Positions 12,120-22,659 of a DNA stretch of 64,000 nt are shown here, one piece after another. The position numbers and the translations under genes were made by a program. A model generated the notes under the pieces. That model saw nothing but the letters and a program-made list of their open reading frames with translations. It did not search any database and was not told the DNA's origin. The stretch's first letter is position 1. Every line of letters begins with the position of its first letter. The stretch is taken from NCBI GenBank assembly GCA_964016885.1, contig OZ024740.1:357120001-357184000 (forward strand), read 5' to 3'. The DNA is from Eledone cirrhosa. Taxonomy: Eukaryota.

Positions 12120-13417
12120 GTTAGTAGTTATGTACTTTATATATTTTTATCTGAGCTGTTATAAATAATTGAATATTAGAACAAATATCTTACAGTTTCA
12201 TACCTTTGCCTTTCTCTCTCTTTACAATTTAAATTCTACAAAGCTTCATGTATTTCATACAATGATCAATGATATGTAACTAGTGAACTCTGTTTAAAAC
12301 AACCACCAAATATTAAAGATCAATATGACATTTTAAATGTTTTATTTAATATAGAAAAGCTTCTACAAGACTAGAACTGTAGAAGCTTTTCTATATTAAA
12401 TATATATATATATATATGTACACATGTATATATACATATAAAAATGAGAAAACTCATCGCTAGAATACTCGTTAAAATTCTGTCAAATACAGCAATGGGC
12501 AAAAATGCCTGAGAGGACAGAGACCAGCAGCCAGTTGTCAACAGAGAGACAATCTACAAGGCAGATGAAATATAGAAAAGATTGAAAGAGGAGGGGAACA
12601 AGGAGAAGTGTGTTGGCTCATATAAGTGACCAGAAGAGGAAATAGAGAAAGGCGATATACAAGACAAGTTTACACACACACATACCCTTATCAGCTCAAA
12701 TATACTCGCTTTGTCTCGATTAGAGACAACATTGTTTTTAACTTTATCATAGCTATGATTAGCTTTCTATTTTTGTTTTCTTTCATCCTTCTATCTGTGC
12801 TTTTTGTTTTATCACACACTCATCAAGCCAGCAAAAAGATTTATTTTTCTGTTACACAATACAGCATTTTAAAATGGTACTCTCAATTAAATCATGCGAA
12901 ACCATTTTGCTGGTTTGAGAACTGATGAGGGTGAAGATGTGTGTATAAACTTGTCTTGTACATTGTCTTTCTTTATTTCCTTTTCTGGCCTCTTCTGTTA
13001 CTTGTGTGTGTGTAAGTGAGACCCAGAATCCTGGCTTGTCTGGGAAATCAGTAAGCCTACTTCAGTACTGACTTGGTCTATGTAGATCCCTCCAACCAAC
13101 ATGCCAGTTCTACTATATAGGTAAAGGAATTATTGAGGTTTCCATTATTGTTATATAAAAAAGTATTTGCTAAAACATTGTTTCCCAAAACTCCTACTCC
13201 TTCCATAGAGATCCTTACTTATTTCTATTAAAAACAACATTATTCATAATAGAATAATAACAAATGAATTAATATAGAAAATTATGAAATAGCAGACCAA
13301 AACTCAAAGTTGTAGTAATTTAAAAAAAATATTTAATGAATAATTATCCTTGATCTGTTGAGCTGAATGTTTGTACTTAAAAATACTGATAAAATTTCAT
13401 TTTTAATAACCATTAAG

Positions 13418-13531
13418 TGGGAAATTGATAGTGCAGCCATTGGAGATTGGCACATTGGAAATCAACCCGATGAAAGAGCCTTGAAAGTCTTGAAAGAAAA
13501 TGGTTTAAATTTTAGGCATGCTGTAAGACAA
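13418..13531 (+). CDS. ACP1: LMW-PTP coding exon 3 (WEIDSAAIGDWHIGNQPDERALKVLKENGLNFRHAVRQ)
   Basis: DSAA..WH.G..PD.R and H..RQ family motifs; AAG acceptor, GTGAGT donor; 114 nt, phase 0/0. Confidence 0.95.
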
Positions 13532-14039
13532 GTGAGTATATGATTTGCTATATGTGTAGATAATCTTTAAAATATTTCTATTTTTGAACATTTCATTTTA
13601 TTTAGCATCATTATTATTATTGTTGTCCCATTTTTACTTATTATAAGTTGGATGATTTTTCTACATAACTAATTGATACATGTCTTTTTAAAATTTTAAA
13701 AATTCTTAGTCTAAAAATGCAAAGTTCTCCAACAATCTATCCATTAGTAAAGATACAATGAACATTTAAATTAACAAACCTGTTTTCAGATATTTTCTCT
13801 AAATCATTACAAGGTGTTAATAGTTAATACTCACATCTCTGGATTACCATACATTGTTTCTGTTGATGTTTTCGAATGTTTTAGACAATTCTGTTTTAAT
13901 AAGATTTATCAAAATATTTTGTATATCAATTTTTTTCTGTAAATGCAGTATGAAACTAACATTAAAATATGTATTAATATTTTTAGTACTCGTTCTAAAA
14001 ATGTGATTCATTATATCTATTTCATTTTTTAAAATCCAG

Positions 14040-14101
14040 ATTACTAAAAGTGATTTCAAAATATATGACTATATCTTTGGAATGGATGAACAAAATATGC
14101 A
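14040..14101 (+). CDS. ACP1: LMW-PTP coding exon 4 (ITKSDFKIYDYIFGMDEQNM-Q)
   Basis: DF..YDYI..MD..N motif; CAG acceptor, GTATGT donor; 62 nt, ends phase 2. Confidence 0.95.
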
Positions 14102-14659
14102 GTATGTATTTTTAAACTTATAAATGTTTGAAACAAAGTATAGGTATATGTTAGTGTAAATTCTTCTCTGCCACCACTATGCTTTACTACATTGTGAAAT
14201 GGGAAACATAAATTTGTTTATCTTGCTGGTCCTGTCCTAATCATCACTTTTATCTAGCAGCATATATCTGTGAAACACTACCTATCCAGACTGATGAGAA
14301 ATCATTGGCTCTACCTAGAGCTCAATCACAAACATGTCTACAATCTATAGCAAAGAGAAAGAGGCTCACTCTGTCAATGAAGCAAGCCCTGTCACTAATC
14401 TCCTTCTGTTTATGTGACGACACAGACCCTTTTCTTCGGGCAAGGCCACCATAACTTCACATACATAACTCCAGACATATGTTTAAGTAGCCCAACTAAT
14501 ATTCACCTAATACTCTAACAATATTTTTTCACAACCTTTCAAATATGGTTATTTCTCATTAATATATAAACTGACTGTGTTCATTTGCTTATTCCTCATT
14601 GATTTATATGCTAGTCAACATGGATGCAGCATACCCAAATTATGAAGGAATTCATTTTG

Positions 14660-15000
14660 CAATCATTAGGTCTTGGGTTCAATCCCACTGCCTGGTATAT
14701 TGGGCAAATGTCAATTAACATTAGCCATGGGCTGGCTCATATATTGTGAGTGAAATTGGGTGTACATTTGTCTTTATGTCACATAACATAGCAGTTCAAC
14801 AACAAAAAATTGATAAAGTATTTATCAGACTTTAATAATACTGGAGTTAATGACTTCTGTAGATTTTGTCTACCAAATTTCAGACAAACATTAGTCAACC
14901 TGCAGCTTAATAGGAGACACTTGCCTAAGGTGCCATGCAGTAAAAGTGAACCTGAACCTGAAACCATGTAGATGCAAAACACACTCATTAACCACATATC
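14660..15000. mobile_element. Inverted pair of tRNA/CORE-like SINE fragments (family D) in ACP1 intron 4
   Basis: + copy ggttcaatcccactgcctggtatattgggcaaatgtc and - copy gacacttgcctaaggtgccatgcagtaaaagtgaacc. Confidence 0.6.
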
Positions 15001-15475
15001 ATGGCGTGAGTTGGATAGCTTGTCATAGTCTGATTCGGCTCTATGGAATTGCTGTCTTGACAGGCCAGAATGAGTGAGCGCATTTTATCTTTGCATCAAT
15101 ACCAGAAAGAATGTCATGTCTTTGGTTTGACTAAAGTGTCCTCATGACCTTATGTTGTTTCTGCTCATTTGCCTAACATTATACCCCCCCCCCCCCGCGC
15201 CAGGGATAGTTGCCTAGTCCTCATTACTCTATGGTGTCTCCATCCACTCAAAGCAACATGACCAAGAGCGTAAATAGAAAAGAGTAATAAAATTATGTAA
15301 CTTCATCTTTGTGTTCTTCTATCATTGTTTTATACATACATGCATGCATACATCATCATCATCATCATCATTTTACGTCCGCTTTTCCCTGCTTGCAAGG
15401 GTGGGACGGGAACTGATATATACATTAAAATGATATGTTCATTTTAATTTTAATTTTAATTTTATATTTTTTCAG

Positions 15476-15578
15476 AGATTTGTCTACCCTTTGTGGCAGT
15501 AACAAACAAAAAGCAAAACTAGAACTTTTAGGAAAGTGGGATCCTCAGAAAGTCCTCATTATTCCAGATCCATATTTT
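15476..15578 (+). CDS. ACP1: LMW-PTP coding exon 5 (DLSTLCGSNKQKAKLELLGKWDPQKVLIIPDPYF)
   Basis: AK.ELLG..DPQ..IIxDPY general-acid loop; polypyrimidine tract plus CAG, GTAAGA donor; phase matches exon 4. Confidence 0.95.
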
Positions 15579-15755
15579 GTAAGATTTTCTGTTTATTTGT
15601 TTTTTCTATCATTTTATATAATTGCTTGAAGTAGTTCTCATAGTAGTTCTGTTTGTGATTTCTAAATCATTTTCAGAAGAATACAATCAAGTAGATTCCT
15701 ATTGTCTATTACAAATAACACAAATCTTATTGATAACTTTTGTTTCATTTTTCAG

Positions 15756-15833
15756 GATACACAAGCTGAGTTTTATCCTGTTTATGACCAGTGTTACCGT
15801 TGCTGTAAAGCATTTTTAGATTCTTTTAATTAA
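15756..15833 (+). CDS. ACP1: LMW-PTP coding exon 6 (DTQAEFYPVYDQCYRCCKAFLDSFN*)
   Basis: F..VY.QC.RCC.AFL C-terminal helix; TTCAG acceptor; TAA at 15831-15833; joined CDS 471 nt = 156 aa. Confidence 0.95.
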   Translation, partial: DTQAEFYPVYDQCYRCCKAFLDSFN

Positions 15834-15838
15834 CTCTG

Positions 15839-15981
15839 AATAAACTGTCTCGATTCTTCAAGTTCTTTCGAAATAAAAATGGACAAACAAGCTTCAAATT
15901 GCCTAAGATTATATAAAAAAAAAATACTCGAATTAATTTTTAAAATATTAAAATATTCAATAATATAATAATAATAATAAA
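15839..15981 (+). terminator. Candidate polyadenylation signals of ACP1 (AATAAA at 15839, 15872, 15976)
   Basis: Three AATAAA hexamers just after the stop; AT-rich context, so the one in use cannot be determined. Confidence 0.4.
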
Positions 15982-17084
15982 AGCATTTATAAATTTTCAT
16001 TATTGGTTTCTTTTTATTATATGCAAAGCTGACTTTACATCAATGTCCGAAAAGAATGCCCAATTTTTAACTCTTTCAATGGTCAGAAAGGTAATGAATC
16101 ATAAAATTACAAGCAAATGAAATAGACAAAATGTTAGGTTAAATTCTATAAGAATGTTAGTACATTAGTACTGAAGACCTGTCCAATCGATACCAGCATA
16201 AAATAATTGACAGATGGTGATGCTAACTGACTCCATGGTATTTGTAGTGTAAAAAAAGATAAATAGCTTCAATTGGGAATTTAGGTTACAAATATCTTAA
16301 TAGTAATATAAGGAATTTTAGTAAATCCTTTCAAATTCTTTACTAATTAATTCAAATACAGAGTATTTTATTAGAAATATAGTAATGAAAGGGTTGAACC
16401 TACAAAAATCAAAAGCAAAATTCTGTTTGGCATTGCATATCTAGGAACATGTCCTGCCCTTTTTTTTAAGGAGACAGAGAGGCATGTGATTTAAAGTAGA
16501 TTTGGTTGCTTTTCCAAATAGTTTTAGCAACTTTGTAGAAGCTTCTGCACTGGTTCTCCTATGATGTAGTTATCTGTTAAGGTATTCATACAGATAATAA
16601 TAATCTTCCGTGACTATCACATTAAATGCTTTTACCCTTTTCTTGTTCATGAAAAATAATGAACATGAAACAAATTGTTTACAGTTAAGATTTCAACAAA
16701 TAAAAATGCCATTAAGAAAGTGGTGAAAGATGAACTCATCATCATCAGTTTTACATTGATTTTTCCATGCTGGCATGGGTTGGATGGAACTTGCTGAGCC
16801 AGAATTCAAGAGTTAGATTGCTTCTTAGATGTGATTAGAATTATGATAGAAGACAAGACAAACTTGGACAGAAGGAAAAAGGAAAACTTGATTCTGGTGG
16901 AATTTTAATTCTGAACAAAGAAGAGATACAAAATACTTTAAACCAGTAATGTAATTTCTCACTAAAAGTCACTTTCACACACTTTCATGAGATGAGAGAC
17001 AAGCTGGAAGATTTGCTACAGAGCTAAATGATTAACTTGAATCTGGTCTTTGGCTCTATGCTATATGTGCTAAATCAATACTTT

Positions 17085-17455
17085 TCATCTGTCAATATGT
17101 GATAAACCCATACTTTACTATGTGATAAACATGTTCTTTTCATCAGTCAATGTTATAAACATATTCTTTTCATCTGCCAGTGTTATAAACGAATTAGTTT
17201 CATCTGTCAATATGTGATAAAACTATTGTTTTAGTCAGACAATATGTGATAAATCCATTCTTTTCATGTCAATATGTGATAAATCCATACTTAACACCTG
17301 TCTATGTGATATGTTCTTTTCACCTGTCAATGTAATAAAGCCATTCATTTCACCTGCCTATATGTGATAAAACTATTGTTTTCATCTCTCAATGTAATAA
17401 AGCCATTCCTCTCATCTGTTAATATGTGATAAACCCATTCTTTTCATCTGTCAAA
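17085..17455 (+). repeat. Degenerate minisatellite, ~33-36-bp unit, roughly 11 copies
   Basis: Consensus catctgtcaatatgtgataaacccattctttt repeated head-to-tail. Confidence 0.9.
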
Positions 17456-17633
17456 AGTTTTATGTTGTAAGCAATGAATGCACTGTATCACCAATAAGTG
17501 CAACATTTACTTGAAGTGCAGGCTTCTAAACATTTTATGATTGAGGGATATTAGAAAACTGTCAATAATTAGTGTTATAGGGAGGTGAAATCCTAGCAAT
17601 TGAAATTCATTAGTCAGATTGAGTTCCTAGTAG

Positions 17634-17893
17634 CAGATCGAGATTAACCATTAAGCAAAATAAGCACATGCTTAGGACATCAAGAGAAGAGAACACCATT
17701 TTATTCAAATTAAATATATTTGTTATTCCCTCCAAAATATTTTAGCAGACATCATATAAGATGGTGGGGGTATCATACTATTCTAAGTGCTTAGGGTTTC
17801 AAAAGGTTTTTAGCAAACTTTATATGGGGGAGGGGGACACACACCACATTCTTGTAAATGCTTAGGGTTTCAAAAGGACTTAATATGACACTG
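17634..17893. mobile_element. hAT-type MITE
   Basis: CAG...CTG ends with degenerate TIRs; 8-bp TSD CCTAGTAG / CCTAGTCG. Confidence 0.65.
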
Positions 17894-18480
17894 CCTAGTC
17901 GGATCCACTTCATTTATTTCATTACTGAGGGGTTTATGATAGGTGCGGTATAGGTGAAATTTTCTTTGGCAAAGGAAAATCTGTTAGGTATTAGGAAATG
18001 AATAAATGACTATACAAAGAAACCTTACGCTTTTTGTTATGCAGAAGCAAAAAAAAAAAAGTTTTATCTAAATCTGTGTAAATGAAAAAGAAAGCAGAAA
18101 AGTCATAATTAATAAAATATAATAACAATCTTGCAAATTGCAAACAGGTCCAAATATGAAATAATGCTGCGTAAATCGGGATATGGGTGGGGTTAAATAT
18201 ATTAAGAGTTATCCCCCTTGAATTAAACAAGTTAAATATTGACTAATGTACACCAATTCGAATAATATAAGTTTTTCGCAAATTATAAGAAAAGAAAAGT
18301 TACATTTATTCTTTTGTGATAATTAAGTGCTTCAAATAAATTTAAATTATAAAACTGATCCATTAATGAATCCTAGATTCGAAGCAAAAGGATATTATCT
18401 CAACACTCTTATGCTATCGTGTCACTTAAGGAAAATTGAATATGGCGTTAAGTTCAGGAAACAGGTGATGAGTATCGAAG

Positions 18481-18760
18481 ATGGGACATGAAAACAATTA
18501 TCCGATGCTTCAGTCATCGACGAAGCAACTTTTGTTTTCCAAGATAAACTCGGATAGCATGACTCAAACATTTCTGGCTTGTGTGTTTCTGGCAGGCGTC
18601 GTTTCCGCCGTCCTAATTGTATTTGTGTCTTCTTTCTTTGGCTACCTACCTCACAGTTTGTTAAACATTAAAAAGGAACTCAGAAAAACTACTAATAGTA
18701 ATTTACATTTCGGAACATCGATGATATGGCGAGGGCGACAAAAAACAGCTACCAACCTAG
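18481..18760 (+). CDS. FICD: FIC-domain protein adenylyltransferase (FICD/HYPE), coding exon 1 with signal-anchor TM segment
   Basis: Hydrophobic FLACVFLAGVVSAVLIVFVSSFF segment as expected for type II ER membrane FICD; donor CTAG|GTAATG, phase 1, matches exon 2; joined protein 458 aa. Start could alternatively be ATG 18505 or 18559. Confidence 0.75.
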
Positions 18761-19199
18761 GTAATGAATTATTTGTTTTTTGGTCTTTCATCGTTTTGAC
18801 ACATTGAGAACTCTTCTCGTATGACAGAAATGACATTTTGTTTGCTATGACATAAAATGATAAAACGAAAAGACTCACTTCAGATTATGTATGTCATTTA
18901 AATCCGTTTCGCTGTTATTTAACTAATACACAATAAACGAAAGAAATTAAAACATACACACACGCACACACAATAGTTTCTATTAGGGATTTAATGTATA
19001 AAAAAATTTGACAGGCTTCACAAATATTATTTTATACATATTTCATATAGAAAAATGGATTATATGTAGCTAGGTGTACTATATAAATATTAGAATGGGT
19101 GTTAAAAATACAACACTTAAAACATTAACTTAATGAGCACTCAATACGTCTAAGTAGACCATTTATTTCAATGTATACAATATGTATGTATATTATCTT

Positions 19200-19530
19200 T
19201 CACTGGTCTCACTCATCAAAATGTTGCCATGAGGAGACATTGCCTTGATTTAGATGATGTTATTGAGACCCCAGTACTTTTTTTTAAAGTCAGGTGCTTA
19301 TTTTAGTGATACTTTTTGTCGAACTGCTAAGTTACGGGACATAAACATGGACGGACAGATGCACACAGATATATATATATATACACACACACGACGGGCT
19401 TCTGCAATATCCGTCTACCAAAATTCCCTCACAAGGGGTTCTCGGAGAAGACACTTGCCCGTCGCTCCACACAACTGGACGAACCCAGAATTACATGATT
19501 GCGAAGCGAACTCCTTAACCACACAGGCTG
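19200..19530 (-). mobile_element. Composite SINE (family C + D segments)
   Basis: gaccccagtact...gaactgctaagttacggg segment recurs at ~24800-24920, ~33000-33095 and ~45770-45885; followed by agacacttgccc...gaaccc...cttaaccacacagg (reverse-complement tRNA-like head). Confidence 0.65.
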
Positions 19531-19871
19531 ATATGGAATGTAAATGATGATATATTACTAGTTTTACGAATCGCTATGGTGTGTAACCGAATGTATGATG
19601 GCACATGTAAACAATCTAATTTTTGTCACCAAAAAGACTTTTGTTTACATTCATCCTCCATAACACACCATAGCGATGTCTGTTTGTTGTACAATTGACA
19701 GTTTATCCAACATATATAAAACCTTTGGTTCTACACATCTTCTTGTGTATGAGGTAGCCTAGATTGTCATTCTCCTGATCGAGATTAGTGATCAGTTTCC
19801 AGGGCCCATCGCGAGGAGGTCGTCGAACTTGGGCTTCGATTAAAATAACACGCATATGCATATATATATAT

Positions 19872-19979
19872 ACACAGGATGTCCCCAAAAAATGTATACC
19901 CACTGCAACAGCATTCTAATAACATGAATGGTTATCAAATTGTGTATACATTTTTTTTGGGGGGGGGGGGGGACACTAT
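19872..19979. mobile_element. Tc1/mariner-type MITE
   Basis: caggatgtccccaaaaaatgtatac ... gtatacatttttttggggg..gacacta inverted ends in TA context; solo end at ~25312-25345. Confidence 0.6.
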
Positions 19980-20025
19980 ATATGTGTGTGTATGTACGTT
20001 TATATATATATATATTTATATATAT

Positions 20026-20500
20026 AGGCGCATTGCTTAGTGGTTAGAGTGTCAATCTTACAATCTTGAGGTTGTGAGTACGATTCCCGGTCTGTGTGTT
20101 GTGTCTTTGAGCAAGACACTTTATTTCACGTAGCTCCAGTTCACTCAGTTGTATAAATGAGTTGCGACGTCACTGGTGTCAAGCTGTATCGGTGACATTG
20201 AGAGGGGAGATTGGTATGTATGGGCGACTGCTGGTCTTCCACAAACAACCTTGCCCAGACTTATGTCTCAGAGGGGAAATTCCCATGGTCGTCTGCAAGT
20301 CTTTATCCTTTTTATGTATATAATATGGTGCCACAACCCTTTCATAACCAGATCACCCAGTTCCACACTGTAAAGGTGGTTGTGTTAGAAAGGGCATCCA
20401 GCTGTAAAAAACTGCCAAAATGCAGTTCCATTTGAGCAAGGTACAGCATAGCCAACTGGCGAGGCTTGCCTCAGACCCATGCGAGCATGTAAAATAAGTT
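20026..20500 (+). mobile_element. SINE family A variant (tRNA head + CORE-like domain + RTE-like tail)
   Basis: A box ..gcttagtggttagag, B-box-like gagtacgattccc, CORE-like ttgagcaagacactttatttcac...ctcagttgt, tail gttagaaagggcatccagctgta. Confidence 0.8.
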
Positions 20501-21536
20501 AAACGCTGAGACCAGAGAGACCACAAATCATGGGAGTTCTCAATACATGGGAGTACTCAATACATGGGGATATGCAGAGTGGGTATAGAGGAAGGTATAA
20601 ATACAACTGTGACTCCAAGTGGTTTCTGCTTGTGCTCAGCTGGCCTTTTCTGTACTGGGATTAAGAACATTTTTTTCTCTTTGGAATTTGCATGGTTTGA
20701 AGAATTAGGTTACTAACTGGCTTGATATAACTATGGTCAAAATTGTTGTTTAGATAAGCTGACGTGGAGGGGTGGGTCTAGAACTTGGCGTGCTGAACAC
20801 AAGCTGAAACCGTTTGGTGCCACAGTTGGCTTTTGATTTATTTACCATATTGATTGATTTTTTTCAATGATTGATTACATAGATTGATTTTTAGCCACAC
20901 TCTCCAAGTATGAAATAGTGCTATAAGGTTTCACTTATGATTCCACCTATGTACATTTTCTTCTATAGAATATGTATTTGGTATTTATACAATATACTGT
21001 GTTTCTTGTTCGATATATGGCTCTTTCTCTCTCTGTATATACATATATCTTTTCATATGGCTAATCACAAACTTTCTGCCTTGCCCGCTAGCCACGTGAT
21101 AGTTCTTAGCCATTTTGAATTCATTTCTGGCGGGGATCATGGTAGAAGTAACTTAGTCTAGTCTGGGGTATCGCCTGATGACTTCCAATCCTCGTGGATT
21201 TATTCAAGACTGAGTATATCCAAAAAGCGGAACGAAACCACCGGTTGGTAGAGACTAATAGAATTTTGGTAATATTTATGTGCATTTTTTCTTCAAACTT
21301 CTATTTTGTACCTAATTCTATTTGTCTAGTCAATTTCTACAGGCTAAAAGAAATAATTAGATATGTGCGGAAAATGATCTGTATCATTTGTCTATTATTT
21401 CTTCATAGTTACATTTTTAACTTATAGCCTCATTTAAATGATTTTTTATGTGGTTGATTTATACTGATTAGGAGAAGAAATACTGTATATAGTTTATCTA
21501 ATGGTTCTTTAGACTTACATTTATATATATATATAT

Positions 21537-21865
21537 CATCATCATTTTACGTCCGCTTTTCCCTGCTTGCAAGGGTGGGATGGGAACTGATTCTGGCTTG
21601 ATTTCTACAGCTGGATGCCCTTCCTAACACCAACCTCATTTACAGTGAGTGCTGGGTGCTTTTTTTCCATGGCACCTCCACAACCACTTTGCAGTGGAAT
21701 GATATGGACCCCAGTCCTATCATCTCATTTCTACAGCTGAGTAAACTGGAGCAATGTGAAATAAAGTGTCTTGCTCAAGGAAATAACACATCACCTGGTC
21801 TGAGAATTGAACTCACAACCTTTCGATTGCAAGGCCAATGCTCTAACCACTAAGCCATGTGCCTC
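21537..21865 (-). mobile_element. SINE family A, full length
   Basis: Near-identical to 22210-22558(-), 35303-35670(+) and 36449-36838(+); (GAT)n tail. Confidence 0.95.
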
Positions 21866-21969
21866 TCTCTCTCCCTCTCTCTCTCTCTATATATATATGA
21901 TTGCAAGAAAAATGCATCTGTAGGCAGTATGCCAGTTGAGCACTCAATGCTTGCGCAGAGCAGAGTATA

Positions 21970-22626
21970 ATACTATAAGAATAAAGGAACAAGGATTCAG
22001 TGTTGCATCATAACATATTACATGTTTCGCTATAGATCAGCTCGAGGAATGACCTAGTATTGATCGAACCTGACTCTGTAATCGAAAGGTCATCAGATAT
22101 GTTTCCTATGTGATCTCGTCTCCGATTCTATTGATCTTTCAATTACAGAGCCAGGTTCGATCAATAATAGGTCATTCCTCAAGCTGATCGATTGTGAAAC
22201 ATATGTAATCATTTTCATTTTTTTCATTTCATTTTACGTCCACTTTTCCCTGCTTGCAAGGGTGGGACGGGAACTGATTCTGGCTTGATTTCTACAGCTG
22301 GATGCCCTTCCTAACACCAACCTCATTTACAGTGAGTGCTGGGTGCTTTTTTTCTGTGGCGCCTTCACGACCACTTTGCAGTGGAATGATAGGGACCCCA
22401 GTCCCTATCATCTCATTCTACAGCTGAGTAAACTGGAGCAATGTGAAATAAAGTGTCTTGCTCAAGGAAACAACACATCACCTGGTCTGAGGATTGAACT
22501 CACAACCTTTCGATTGCAAGGCCAATGCTCTAACCACTAAGCCATGTGCCTCCATCTAATATGTAATATGTTATAAAATATGTTATGTTGCAACACTGAA
22601 TCCTTGTTCCTTTATTCTTATAGTAT
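21970..22626. mobile_element. Fold-back (long inverted repeat) element, PLE-pLTR-like, with SINE A inserted in the right arm
   Basis: 21970-22090 is the reverse complement of 22132-22209 plus 22579-22626; SINE flanked by 9-bp TSD ATATGTAAT (22201-22209, 22559-22567). Confidence 0.85.
22012..22103 (-). ncRNA. Type I minimal hammerhead ribozyme-like motif
   Basis: 5'-aacatat CTGATGA (long stem II) GAAAC AT GTA atatgtt-3': perfect 7-bp stem I, intact core, palindromic ACATGT stem III; stem II closing pair mismatched. Confidence 0.6.
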
Positions 22627-22659
22627 ATATATATGGTAATTGAGAGGAAGATCTTCAGT

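Noticed and set aside
13395-13417. U12-type intron suggested by a weak AAG acceptor and ttaataac
   Set aside because: The upstream donor is GTTAGT, not GTATCCT, so this is an ordinary U2 intron.
18240-18430. ER-stress elements in the FICD promoter
   Set aside because: A CCAAT (~18253) and CGTGTCA (~18418) are present, but there is no CCAAT-N9-CCACG or TGACGTGG consensus match.
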